The position numbers and the translations under genes were made by a program. This document shows positions 37,881-50,469 of a stretch of DNA of 64,000 nt, one piece after another. Every line of letters begins with the position of its first letter. Within the stretch, counting starts at the first letter, position 1. The notes under the pieces were generated by a model that saw only the letters and a program-made list of their open reading frames with translations, was not told where the DNA came from and searched no databases. Source of the stretch: Octopus bimaculoides. Its lineage: Eukaryota. The stretch covers positions 12,489,838-12,553,837 of the forward strand of contig NC_068982.1 of the NCBI RefSeq assembly GCF_001194135.2. The letters are read 5' to 3'.

Positions 37881-38609
37881 CTACAGCATTTATATTGAAA
37901 AAAATTTTAAGACTTTAGGAAAGCACTGCACTAAATGAATAATGTCTATAAAGTAGGTTAATATCCTATTTATTATTCATTGTCGTGATAGCAGAAAGAA
38001 TAAAAAACAAGTGAATTATTGACTTCCACAAAGTCAATAAAATGATAGTTCACTATGCTGCACCATAACATAGTAAATATAGCATAATAAATCATTCTTT
38101 TCTATGATACCATAATACACAATACCATTTATACCATCATGCAATGTTCAATATTATACCCTATTAAAGTATAACTTATCTGGATACCATATCATATAAT
38201 ATTTCATATATTCTTTTGTTAGTTTGCACTTGTTACAGAGTTTGAAGTATTAAGCTAAGCCTGTTTAAATTAATTCTTGACATAGCAGTAATGAATGCGT
38301 GCTCTAAATACCCCACCTCTCCCCAAAACACATGCATAAACTAATGCATGAATGCTTATGAAGGTTGCACACAAGTGTTATGTATTTCTACCATCAATCA
38401 AAATATCTATGAAAGAAGAATGAGATGTAAATTGTTTACATTGCCACTTACAAGTTGTATATTAATTCCTTACTGAAATTATTCACTTCATTTTCTTATG
38501 TCAAACTAAGTTCTCACATCTTCCACCACTCGTATATCTCGTACTGCTTTCTGCATCGTGCAGGCATTAAATTCCAGTCAAGCTTTATATAGATTGTTAT
38601 AAGTAATGC

Positions 38610-38788
38610 AGTGTCTGAATACACACACACACACACATGCATGTGCACTCCCACACACAAGCATGCATCTGTACGTGCATGCACACACACACACAAACAC
38701 ACACACAAATACACATGCACATACACATTCACATCATACAGACATACAGACACACATATATATAATGAATACATATATATATATATAA

Positions 38789-38860
<72 letters not shown>
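38610..38860. repeat. (AC)n-(AT)n-(AG)n compound microsatellite
   Basis: Directly visible. Confidence 0.95.
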
Positions 38861-38863
<3 letters not shown>

Positions 38864-38914
38864 AAGAAAGAAAGAGATGGAAAAAGAGCCACAGCAGCTA
38901 TTTTTGGTTTGTTA

Positions 38915-40000
38915 TCATCATCATCACCATCATTTAGTAATTGTTGTCCATGCTGGAATGAGTTCGACGGTTTGACCAGGGCTGGCAAGCTGAGGGGCTG
39001 CACCAAGCTCCAGTCTGTTTTGGCAATGTTTCTATGACTGGATGCCCTTCCTAATGCCAACCACTCCAAGAGTGTAATGAGTGCTTTTATGTGCTAGTGG
39101 CACGGGTGCCACTTGTGTGACACCAGTCTCTGCCATGGTGATGATTTCATTTGGCTTGGTGGGTCTTCTACCCAAACATGGCATATTACTGAAAGTTTTG
39201 GTCATATGTCATTACCTCCATGAGGCCCAACGTTTTAAAGGTGCTTTGTACATGCCACTGGCATGGGTGCTAGTTACACAATACCAGCACAGGCCATATT
39301 GCCTCTGTGAGGCCCAATATACAAAAGTTGCTTTCTACATGCCGCTGGCATGGGTGCCTGTTATGTGATTCTGGCATCGACCATGACTATGATTTCACTT
39401 GGCTTGATGGGTCTTTTCAAGCATGACATATTGCCACAGATCTCAGTCACTAGTCATTGCCACCATGATGCCCAATGTTTGAAGATCATGCTTCACCACC
39501 TTGTTCCGTATCTTTCTGGGTTTACCTCTTCCACAGGTTCCCTCAACAGTTACAGATCAGCTATTCTTTACACTGCTGTCCTCGTCCATATATGTCACAT
39601 GACCATACCAGTGCAGTCGTCTCTCTTGCATACCACATCTGATGCCTCTTATGCCCAACCTTTCCCTAAAAATGCTTATATTCTGTTGTACATGCACACT
39701 GACATTGTACATTTAGCGAAGCATACTAGCTTAATTTCTTTCAAGCATATGCATGTGTTTGGTGGTCACAGCCCATGTTTCTCTGCTGTGTAGTATAGCT
39801 GTTCACACACACGCATTATACAGTCTGCCTTTCGTTCTGAGGGAGAGACCCATTGTTGCCAGCAAAGGTAGGAATACTCTGAACTTTACCCAGCCTATTC
39901 TTATTCTCACAGCCATGCTCTTGGAGCATCCACCTCTGCTACTGACTCAATCACCTAGATAACAGAAGCTATCAACTACCTCTAGTTTACCCACCTGGCA
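38915..40000 (-). mobile_element. Decayed RTE ORF2 C-terminus plus 3' UTR with duplicated terminal module
   Basis: rc YGHVTYMDEDSSVKNS..VEGTCGRGKPRK...MLEKTHQAK*; module repeated. Confidence 0.85.
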
Positions 40001-40186
40001 GTCGATGGAGTCTATTTTCTGTACATTTTTTGTTGGTACATGGTACTTCATTATGCAAACACAAAAAAACTATAAGATATACTAAATGTTTCCATAAGTC
40101 AATACTACATTCTATTGCATCAGCAGTGTTTCTTACATTATCTTGTTAAGGGTATTTCTACAGATATTCTATATAACTTACAGCCA

Positions 40187-40830
40187 GCACTGATTTTTAC
40201 TACAACGTTTCATATCAAGACGTCAGATGTAAACAGACAATGTAATCGAAGTCAAAAATGGTCAATGAGTGTATACACCCTATTTCAGGGGTTGTTGTCC
40301 CTTTTTCAGCACCCAACTAACCCATTCTCACCTCCGAACACATTGCTTACATAGCCATTACATACTGTGGTGTGAAGTTAATGGTTATACCAATTTACAT
40401 ATTTTGAAAACATTTTGCATACTGTTCTATATTTAAGAGATGAAGAATTATATACACTATTTACATTATTTACATTATTTACATTTGACAGATATTTGTC
40501 CTCATCTTGTTTGTTGTTAACACAACATTTTGGCTGATATATCCTCCAGCCTTCATCAGGTGTCTTGGGGAAATTTCGAACCTGGGTTCTCATTCCTAAG
40601 GTATTTTTCGATGTTATTATTATTATTATTATTATTATTCTTATTGTTGTTGTTGTTGTTGTTGTTGTTATTATTATTATTATTCAGGCCACTGAATAAG
40701 GAACGCTGAAGAAGGGACAACAACCCCTGAAATATGGCAGATATACTCATTACCCACTTTTATCTTCGATTACATTGTCTGTTTACATCTGACATCTCGA
40801 TATGAAATGTAGCAAAAAATTGTAGAAATG
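40187..40830. mobile_element. Penelope-like inverted repeats (40205-40308 / 40705-40807) enclosing a PLE-B terminal repeat (40420-40620) and a TAT/TGT tract
   Basis: Arms are diverged reverse complements; the inner repeat matches 51690-51790. Confidence 0.7.
40519..40564 (-). ncRNA. Minimal type I hammerhead ribozyme motif (PLE-B)
   Basis: GACAC-CTGATGA-A-GGCTG(GAGGATATAT)CAGCC-AAAA-TGTT-GTGTT; stem I GACAC/GTGTT, stem II 5 bp; two CpG-type changes in core. Confidence 0.6.
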
Positions 40831-40876
40831 ACCTTAACAAAATTCTGTAACAACATTCCTTGTGATAATTATTCAG

Positions 40877-40984
40877 TACCAAGCTACATAAACTCCTCAG
40901 TCATTCATACCATCAAAAATATAATGAAACAGGGAATTAGAGTACCAAAACAATGTAAAGTGAGGTGTTCTTGCTTGTGGCCTG
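40877..40984 (+). CDS. Candidate exon
   Basis: attcAG|...CTG|GTAAGA; PSYINSSVIHTIKNIMKQGIRVPKQCKVRCSCLWP, phase 1-1. Confidence 0.3.
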
Positions 40985-41084
40985 GTAAGATATTTGTACT
41001 TCAATCAGGTGAACTGATATTCCAAAAATTGCATTAGTTACTTCAACACAAACCTACAGAGAAGTCTCTCTTTAGTTGCTTTAG

Positions 41085-41162
41085 CAGCACACTACCATTT
41101 TAAAAAAGAATGGATGGAAACATTGGTCAGTGTTGTCTCTGGATACATAAGAAGACAGACAG
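41085..41162 (+). CDS. Candidate exon
   Basis: tctctctttagttgctttAG (in-frame alternatives at 41075 and 41087)|...CAG|GTAAGT; only one open frame: AHYHFKKEWMETLVSVVSGYIRRQT. Confidence 0.45.
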
Positions 41163-41259
41163 GTAAGTAACTGGAATAATTTTGAGCAGAGTTCTGCAGG
41201 ATTAGAATTGACCTGGGTGTAAACAGCAACAATAAATATTAATTGTTTAAAATATACCT

Positions 41260-41447
41260 GTGCCGGTGCCATGTAAAAAGCACTCAGAACACTCTGTAAA
41301 GTGGTTGGCACTAGGAAAGGCATCCAACCATAGAAACCATGCCAAAACAAACAATTGGAGCCTTGTACAGCTCTCCAAGTTTACAGCTACTGACAAACCA
41401 GCCAACATGGAAAATGAATGTTAAATGATGAGGATGATGATGATGAT
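41260..41447 (+). mobile_element. RTE 3' UTR fragment
   Basis: GTAAAAAGCAC...AGGAAAGGCATCCAACC...(GAT)n. Confidence 0.8.
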
Positions 41448-42574
41448 ATTGTGATAGTCTATGCATATGATATCTGATTTCTGCATACCTGACAATAATA
41501 ATTTTGAAATAATTTTTAAAAATCTGTATTATTTAAATCAATTAAATCATGAAAGCTTTATGAGCTGAGAAAATCTTTAGAAATAAGCAATATGAACAAT
41601 GCTTATTTTTTTAATTAAAACTGAAAGTTTATTGTATGCTTATAAAACTAAGTCCAGAAAATATAAATGGTTTGAATTAATAAATAATAAAATTATGTTA
41701 AAATATAATTGAAATTTGAAGTTGTGTAAAACAATTCTTCTCTTGAATGTTTACGAATGTCCTTTTAGCATGCGGAATTGAATTGATAAAGACACTTAAT
41801 AGAGGCAATTTAAAGACTTGTTTTTGAAAGTGAAAGAAGCTTTTTTGCCGAGTAAAAGACTTTTGTTGTGCTTGTGGGATTTTCCCATTTTGTCTCTGAT
41901 TAAAATATAGACATACATTTGCAATAAAATGAAGATCGTTGTTGCTTTTATTAATTATTACGAAAATCATGGTGTAACATGCGTATGTGTTTGCATATTC
42001 TTGTGTGAGTTTTAGAAGACTGATAATAAACAAATTTTCTAATAAATACATTATTTTTTTTTTCCAATTTAACAATTATGTTTAAATTAAAATTATATTA
42101 TGGCTGACTGTTTTCATTCCAATGTAGTGTCATTGGCAGAGAGTAATATAAAATCAAGCTTATACTTGATTAGCCATTTGAAACATCCAAACTAATTGCA
42201 TCACAGGTCGGTGGTACTTTCCTACTAAATAAAATACCTCAGTAATTATAAATGGGTGTCTTTTTTTTTTTTTTTTCATCAACATCATTTTGCATCCACT
42301 TTTCTGTGCTGCCTCTCTTAATAGTCTTCGTATGGTTGGATGCTTACTCTGTTGTTGACTCTTTTAGTCACCTCTTATAACACACAGAGATACATACACA
42401 GAGATATACAAATGCACAAGCATATACACACATACTCGGGTACACACACACACACACATTACATATGTATGATAAAAGGTACCCCAATAAGGGTTCCAAA
42501 GTGACTAGGGCTACACATCATTTTCCCAATCTACAGAGAAATGGTTCAATTTGCCATCTTTGTGTGTCTGTTAT

Positions 42575-42990
42575 TCTTTTATTCTTTCACTTGTTTCAGC
42601 CATTTGACTGTGACCATGCTGGAGCACTGCCTTTAGTCAAATGAATCAACCCCAGGACTTATTCTTTGTAAGCCTAGTACTTATTCTATCAGTCTCTTTT
42701 GCTGAACTGCTAAATTACAGGGATGTAAACACACCAGTATTGATTGTCAAGTGATGGTGGGGGGACAAACACAGACACACAAATATATGTATACATATAT
42801 TAATATATATATAGATATATATATAAATATGATAGGCTTCTTTGAGTTAACATCTACCAAATCCATTCACAAGCCTTTGATCAGGTTGAGGCTGTAGTAG
42901 AAGACACTTGCCCAAGGTGCTATATAGGGGGACTGAACCTGAAACCATGTGGTTGGGAACCAAGCTTCTTACCACACAGCCACGACTGTT
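42575..42990 (-). mobile_element. SINE family B, full length
   Basis: Reverse complement of the family B consensus. Confidence 0.9.
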
Positions 42991-43220
42991 TACATAGCTT
43001 TCATATATATCATACCTTGATGCTGTTTGGATTGGGATCCTCATTGATTGGCTGCTGATATTAACTCTTTCAGTCATGGATAAAAAAGGAAAACTATTTT
43101 TTATTCATAACAAAATACAGGAAAATAACATAAAGAATTCAATATTCAATGTGCTTAATTTTTTGCATGGGTAAATAAAAATTTTGCTAACACTCAGTAA
43201 GAAAATTCCAATTTACTTAC

Positions 43221-43322
43221 ATCTGGGAGATTTACGAGAAGACACAGCCGTCCTTTATAACTTTTGAGCAAATGCTGAGTCAAAATCATATGGTCTTGGT
43301 TATATATGCATTTTAGAGGTGT
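43221..43322 (-). CDS. Candidate minus-strand exon
   Basis: ttcattAG|102 nt|GTAAGT; single open frame TPLKCIYNQDHMILTQHLLKSYKGRLCLLVNLPD. Confidence 0.3.
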
Positions 43323-43548
43323 CTAATGAATTATTAACTGTGACTCAGCTTAATTATGGTTTATATTTCTTTTGTAAATTATGTTGAAAATTTGTCTGGT
43401 ACATTAGACAAAGTGACTGACGGGGTTAAATAAAGTATCAAACACTTATAGTATGCAAATTAGAAACTCCAGTTCTCTGGAGGATTTGTTGTGTCTATAA
43501 ACAGATTGGTTGCTTATATTTCTGGGATTGGTCAAGTGTTGTAGTCAC

Positions 43549-43613
43549 CTCTGATGGGACCCCAATAATGGCTGAAAACCGATTGATGTTGTTTATAATA
43601 TTTTTTTCCAAAT
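43549..43613 (-). CDS. Candidate minus-strand exon
   Basis: ttctccatAG|...GAG|GTGACT; LEKNIINNINRFSAIIGVPSE, phase-compatible with 43221-43322. Confidence 0.25.
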
Positions 43614-43732
43614 CTATGGAGAAGTGGTTCAATTTACCACATTTGTATGTCTGCAGTGTAGGTTTACATGTATTGTTCCATATTAGAAAAACTCGCAAAT
43701 TCTTCTGAAGGTTACGATGTCATTCAGCTTAA

Positions 43733-43955
43733 CCCTTTGATATTAGGGTTACTCTGTCAAATGTAATCCTTATTTATTCACATTGTTTTGAATTAATAAT
43801 GTATCTATTATCTCATAGCTTCGAGATTTCAATGATGTGATTGCTTATTTTGTAGAATGATGTTGTAAAGTAGGTGTGAGGCTGGATTTGGCTAGTTTCA
43901 ACATAAAATGGGTTGGATATTTTGGCCCAATATGACTGGTTTAAATGCTAAAGGG
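43733..43955. mobile_element. piggyBac-type MITE (second family)
   Basis: TTAA-CCCTTT ... AAAGGG-TTAA. Confidence 0.75.
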
Positions 43956-44674
43956 TTAAACAATAGTTAGAGTATTAATGTTTTGTGTCCTGCTTCTATC
44001 CATGTTTGTCGGGGGATGAACAAGGGCATAATTAAGGTAAATAGAATTGGTGGATAGTAACTATGATCGATAACAACTACATTATCTTATTTTCAATTGT
44101 GCTGCCATTTATAATCTTAATTCTCACTGAGCAGACCTAACATCAAAGACGTTACTTCCTTGACCATCCATCCTTTTCAGACATAGTGATTCTCAAATTA
44201 CATTAATCACTTTGTCCTATCCATATTTAATGACTGTAGTGCATCATTTCAAGAGTATTTAGCTGCCATTTTTTGACGATCAAACATTTTCTTGCTCTTT
44301 AGTTATTTGTTATTGAAGAAAACCATAAGACCAATCTTAAAATCCGATTATAAATAAAGCAAAAGATCAGCAAAACAGTAATCAGATTGTAGAATATATT
44401 TCATTAATAAAAACAAAATGCATCGTTGTTGATTTTAATAGCGTCATTGTTTCATGACAATGATCTTGCATGTATTTGCATGGTAGTGTCATGTACTCCA
44501 ACTAAATGGTCATGTGATGAACGCTGTTTAACATGACTACCTTATCACTTAAGTTGAATTTGTTTCTTCTGATTGACAACATAACAATTGCATAGTGAGC
44601 AGGATTTAGAGAATTAGTTTGGTTTAATCCTGATTTGACTGAAACCTGGTTAAGATATCCTTACAGCCAATATT

Positions 44675-44885
44675 GACAGGAAGAGCTGAAAAGTTCCTGG
44701 TTTTGGCTAAAATAGAATACAGGGGGATCAGTTATTTATGTTTTTATTCAGCGTATTCCCCTCTCAGATTCACGCCAATTGCAACAGTCATTTGGTTTTC
44801 CTAAGTCCTGTAAAAGAACTCAGGCCTTTAACCAGACCTTCTGAAATACCCTTAAAGCTAGGGAACTCTCCAGCACCCCCTTGTA
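44675..44885. mobile_element. Mariner deletion derivative
   Basis: GCTGAAAAGTTCCTGG ... CAGCACCCCCTTGTA; opposite orientation to 7340-7529. Confidence 0.7.
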
Positions 44886-45289
44886 AAACAAAGAAACTCA
44901 AGAACTTTGCTGATAGCAAAGAAAAAAGCCGATATATTCATCACAGAAGTAAAGTATTGGAGGAGACGAATTTCACAGACATGAATGAGACTATAATTTT
45001 GTCAATGCTGAAACAATAAGTTTTCTGGCAATGAAACAGATGTCACCAGGACCAATATGCTGATATTATGAGAGGCCATGCACTTTTGTGAGTTGATAGA
45101 TTAAGGACAGAAGGGCAAGCTGTTGAAGATGACTTTACAAATGCAACTAATTGATGACTATTAAATTCTGTACATCACTCTGAAATATTAGAACGCATGC
45201 AATTACAGGAAATGCTGTTGCGTGATTGTATTAGTCTCATATCCAGCAATCTGCAATGATTAGTAATTTTACTTTGGCTCCTGTTAATA

Positions 45290-45297
45290 ATAATACA

Positions 45298-45345
<48 letters not shown>

Positions 45346-45434
45346 AAGTTAATAATAATAATGATGATGATAATGAGAATGATAATAATAATGATAATAA
45401 TAATAATAATTATTATTATTATAATAACAACACA

Positions 45435-45515
<81 letters not shown>
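45290..45515. repeat. (AAT)n array with repeated ACAAGTT interruptions
   Basis: Directly visible. Confidence 0.95.
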
Positions 45516-45739
45516 TATGCTAAAAAAATTGTCAGTGTTATATGTTGATATGAATCATCAGAAAATGGTCGCATATAAGTCTTGCAGCTATAACCAAAGT
45601 ATCGAATAGAATACTGTTAGGAGAAACATTTTCAGTTTGTTTTTTTTTTTTATTTATTTTGGAAGGAATACGACAAAGTACACCAAAGTTTTGATGCTGA
45701 TGCAAACAGTGACTTGGAATTGAGCAATGATTTCAACAA

Positions 45740-46600
45740 TTACACAAACTTGCAGGAATTAAGTATTTGGCAAAAATTTGGTTTAGGTAGGAACCTATCA
45801 TCAAATCTCAATTTCTGATGAAGTTCAGAAAATAACAGTGAACACCACCTTGGTTTATTCCATTAGACACCTCTGTCACACAATATAAAAACAGTAAGCG
45901 CCATATTTCATGGAGCATGGAAAATATATTAGGAGATGTCATTGATATAAAAATTTACTAAGATGACACCTATAAAGTAAAAGCTATTTTACAAAACTTT
46001 GCCACCAATTAAAGAAATGAAGAGTGTCTTATGTGCAAAAGAATTTACTTTCCAAGGCAAATAGACATCGAAATATGGTATTCAGCTACATGATACATTG
46101 TTGAAGAAGATATTGTGGAATGAATAAGTTTTATGGCTGATTTACTCCAACATATTCTAAAAATTCCTGTGGATTTTCAAACCTAAAATATAACTCTCCT
46201 CATTTCTATGGATGAACATAGGCACAAAGAGAACATAGGCATTACAGATGTTAGTAATTATTCAACATGTGGTGTACTGTCTTAGAAGAGCTATCCAGCC
46301 CTATACGTATCACAATGTTTATATCTGAAGCGAATGGTAGCAGTTCTAATATACCTAATGGATGCTTTGGTGACTGTCTGAACTATGCTAAGAGCTTGAT
46401 GCTTTTTATTAGGCTGAAGATTCTCCTTGAGAACTGGCCACAGACTGTTAGAGTTCATATTTAACTCAGATGAGAAATGCCTTAAGTAACATCAGCTAGA
46501 ATATTAAGGTGGACAGCCAGCTGCTTTTATATGTAAAAAGTGATATAATTCTCCATGTTGATGCTTTATTAAGAATGAAATTTAGTGATGCAATAAAGTC
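45740..46600 (+). pseudogene. Decayed Ty3/Gypsy pol (RT-RNase H) remnant
   Basis: Degenerate QKITVNTTL, MENILGDVIDIKIY*DD (YxDD position), RFSLRTGHRLLEFIFNS, TSARILRW, HVDALLR (HADALSR-like). Confidence 0.7.
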
Positions 46601-46779
46601 AGGTGAAAATGCTATAATTAAATTAGCAAATTTGTAGAGGATGGTGAAGAAAATATAATGTAGGATTCTAAATTTAAAACAAGGATCAAGACTAAGTCCA
46701 GATGGTCAGAAGGCTGGCTTGAACAACCAAAGCCTAGAGATATTCCATCACCAAATGAAGCTAATGCTGGTTCCTAACA

Positions 46780-47350
46780 TTCAGCTCTTAATGATGTTAG
46801 CTAAAGCAAAAAGGCGCACAAAGAAGTTCCTTCTAAATGATATTGGGCCTCACAGAGGAAAAGTGGTTGAGCTCCTTTCGAATGTTGGGCCTCATGGAGG
46901 CAATGACCAAGATCTTTTGGCATTATGCCGTGCTTGAGAAGACCCATCAAGCCAAGTAAAATTGCAGTCATGGCAGATACCAGTGTCGGCATGTAAAAGC
47001 ACCCTTTGAGCGTTGGGCCTCATAGATGCAATGACCAAGTCCCTTTGGCATTATGCCATGCTTAAGAAGACCCATCAAGCCAAGTAAAACCACAGTTGTG
47101 GCAGATAACGGTGTCACGCAAATGGCACCCATGCCGGTGGTACATAAAAGCACCCATTACACTCTCAGAGTGGTTGGCCTTAGGAAGGGCATCCAGCCAT
47201 AGAAACCATGTCAAATCAGATTGGAATCTGATGCAGCCTTCTAGCATGCCAGCCTGGTCAAATCGTCCAACCCATGCCAGTATGGACACCGGACGTTAAA
47301 TGATGATGAGGAGGATGAGGATGAGGCTGATGATGATGATGATGATGATG
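46780..47350 (+). mobile_element. RTE 3' end with tandemly repeated ORF2-terminal module
   Basis: TTGGGCCTCA-GGAGG starts 3 units; AAGACCCATCAAGCCAAGTAAAA twice; (GAT)n tail. Confidence 0.85.
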
Positions 47351-48219
47351 ACACAGTATCTTTATTTTGAGGTTGTAGTATTGCATGCATTTTGCATGAT
47401 GATGTCATGTGACCTAACCTGATGCTCATGAGATGAAGATTATTGAACATAGTTGTTTTCCCAGTAAAGTCAGGTTTACTTTCTCTAAATGATGACATAA
47501 CAAATATATGCAAATTGAATTTTAATTTTTGAGTGTCATTGAGTGTACGTTTTTATGCCATTTAACAAAAAAAAAAAACTCAGGAAGCAAAATATCAATA
47601 AAATCTCTATCAAATAGAGAATATTCAAATAGGAATTTGAATTACCACAGGTTAAGTTTTCTAATACAGTATAGAATCCAAAGAAAACTTGACATGTTCT
47701 ACACCAGCAAAGAGTAATACAAATAATTCAAACAAGGGAGTGAATTTTATACTGTTTGGATGAAGAGAAATCTAATGCTAGGTTTCTCTTCTTTCTTATG
47801 GCATAGAGTATATTTCTCTTATACAAAACAGTCATGTTGATAAATGTTCATTGATTTAGTATCATGATTTTCATGTCATTTTTAGCTGGATAAAAATCTA
47901 ATAATGACATATTTTTTAAAATCTAGACATATCTATCACAAATGTCAGTATGGCTGAAGAATAAAAAACAACAAATCGAACATGTTCAAACATCTTCTAC
48001 CACAGCCTCAAGTCAACCAAAGAATTATAAGTGAAAGTGGGTAGGTAGATGGAAGCAAGGAAAATCTGTTGGATGTATGCACCCTAACACACACACACAC
48101 GCACATGATACATTAGGATGGCAAAATTAATGCGTCAAACAAAATTACTTTGTAGTATTTCAGTTTGTATTTGTTAAACCTCTTAATCCATGTCAGCTTT
48201 GCATTTTGTTCTTTCCCAG

Positions 48220-48257
48220 GTTAGTGGAATATGTACTGGACAAAATACTAAGGCCTG
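48220..48257 (+). CDS. Candidate exon
   Basis: ttttgttctttcccAG|...CTG|GTATAA; LVEYVLDKILRP, phase 2-1. Confidence 0.35.
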
Positions 48258-48360
48258 GTATAATCCATTAAAACCCTTACAGTCAATGCTTCTCTGTAGT
48301 AACAATCCAATGATGAAACCAATAAAATGATTAAACTGATGGCTCTATGTAATGCTGAAG

Positions 48361-48398
48361 TTATCAAAGAATCTCTCAGAAATTATAAATACTTTCTG
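48361..48398 (+). CDS. Candidate exon
   Basis: ...CTG|GTAAGA donor; joins the previous exon to give LVEYVLDKILRPVIKESLRNYKYFL; acceptor pyrimidine-poor. Confidence 0.3.
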
Positions 48399-48829
48399 GT
48401 AAGACAAATTGTTGACCTAATTTTGAATGCTTGTTCCATTTCACTTCTCTTGTGTTACTAACATCATTGAGAATGGTATGGGAATCTCACCAACATATTT
48501 TTCTCCTCTAAAATAGCTAAAATAGCTGAAGATTTGTACTATTTAAAAACGTGATGGCTAACACCACGTTACAGAACTATGATGAAAATGAGATTCTAAG
48601 CTCTGATTTTGCACCTTCATTTATACTGCTTATATCTTTGAGAAAGTCATGGACATTTTACAATCGTAATTCATCTCCTTTATAAAAATGAAGCATTGTG
48701 TCTTTGGATTAATTCAGTGCACTACAGAGCAAAAACAGCCAGTTGAATAACATGGCGGTTTAATTTAATTCAAATTCTCTACATCCAAAAAATCAAAGTG
48801 TTTACACAACCTGATTCAAAGACACACAC

Positions 48830-49400
48830 TTCCAGTCCAGATTTCAACATTACTGTCTCAAACACTCCCCTGAAACATATGGATCTCTTCTTCTACCTTG
48901 CAAGTCTCCCCTCAATGCAATGCAACTTTTAGAAGGACGAGGAAACACAACAAGGCATGTTACTTTTAGAAACTATTTCACCACATCTGCAGAAACAAAA
49001 ACTTAAAGCAAGAAACCAAACACATGGTGTATGAAGCTGCCATCATATCTGCCTTAATCTACAGACACAAAACATGGACCCAACCAACAAGACATCAAGA
49101 AACATGAGTACTTTCATCAGCAGTAGCTTTGTACATTCATGAACATCAAATGGGAAGATAACATCAACTTTGCAGTCCTTGATCAAGTTCAAGCCAACCG
49201 CATTGAAGCTGCCGTCATCAAACTGGATAGGTCATGTACATCATATAAATGATCCTAGGCTTTCCTGTTAAGTTCTTTACACCAAACTCAGCACTGGCAA
49301 ATTAACCCTGAGGACTGTGGATGCTCTCTGTGATGTTCCCAAGATCAAGACAAAGAGACTATGAATGGAAAATGAATATTGACATGAAAAGCTACGAAGA
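48830..49400 (+). mobile_element. Heavily decayed RTE (BovB/RTE-1-like) C-terminal region
   Basis: TKHMVYEAAIISALIY..KTWT, FHQQ*LCTFMNIKWED, WIGHV-like segments. Confidence 0.65.
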
Positions 49401-50074
49401 ACCAGTAGCAGCAGCAGGTTACAAGTTCTGGTTTCAAGCCATTCCTATTGTTTTGACACCTCTGTCTATCAAGTACCAATTGTACAGATACATATTAATT
49501 TCAGGGATCTGCCTTCTCAGTTATCAGGAATATCAACATAACAAATGAGGAAAGAAGAAATCAAATACTAGAAAATGAGGAATAGCTGCTACCAACTTCA
49601 GTGGCGACATCAATAATCAAAATCATTTAAGATGTATCAAAAGGAATATGAGAACAATAAAATAAAAAGAAGACAAAAAAAAGTTATAGTTATATTTGTT
49701 TTTATTTTTAATCTGAAAAGAAGCTAATATTCTAAAATATATTTCTTTGTTATTAAAGCAAATGTATATTTCTTTGTTATAGATGTGAAGTGAATTCATT
49801 GGAAATATATTTATTGATATGTCTAACTTATATCACTGTAGGATTTATTTCCTTCAGCCAAGTTGTCTACCTCTGAGGCACAACACCATTAAAATATCGA
49901 TGCATTATTTGATACAAGGCAGATATTTCTTTAAAGTCTCCTGCACTCGTATTTCTCAAATAAAATGATTTTACTTGGCATTGAGTCAAGATCTTGACAT
50001 TGTTTTTAAACTGAAATATTTTGAATAAAAGATGCTCAGATCTTGCTCAACATGTTTGTACTGTCCTAACACCA

Positions 50075-50460
50075 GAGTCTATATTTAGGTGCTTGACTGC
50101 TAGAAACAGTAGACAAATCTTCCCTGAATTACATACCACCATGCCATTAAAAAATAAAAGAACACACTCAATAATGTAGTCCTTGATACACTATATCTAA
50201 AAAAGAAAGATGGGATGGTCATGGCTGGAACACCTTTGATTATAAGCCTGCTTGATCAAAGACTAATTAGGGCTAAAAAGACTACACATAAGTGCAGGCG
50301 TGGCTGTGTGGTAAGTAGCTTGCTTACCAACAACATGGTTCCAGGTTCTGTCCCACTGCATGGAACCTTGGGCAAGTGTTTTCTGCTGTAACCTCAGGCC
50401 AACCAAAGCCTTATGAGTGGATTTGGTAGACAGAAACTGAAAGAAACCTGTCATATACAT
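50075..50460. mobile_element. Family D repeat (minus, 50075-50262) and SINE-B head (plus, 50292-50460)
   Basis: Consensus matches. Confidence 0.75.
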
Positions 50461-50469
50461 ATATATATA

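Noticed and set aside
41698-42075. 125-aa minus-strand ORF (also 21779-22129, 32278-32682, 52956-53258)
   Set aside because: AT-rich, composition typical of random reading, no recognisable domain
47400-47420. TGATGTCATGTGAC (CRE/E-box-like) as a regulatory site
   Set aside because: Single short motif with no promoter context or conservation evidence
48310-48359. Box C (ATGATGA) and box D (CTGA) pair suggesting a snoRNA
   Set aside because: Too short, no terminal stem, and both motifs are frequent in this sequence
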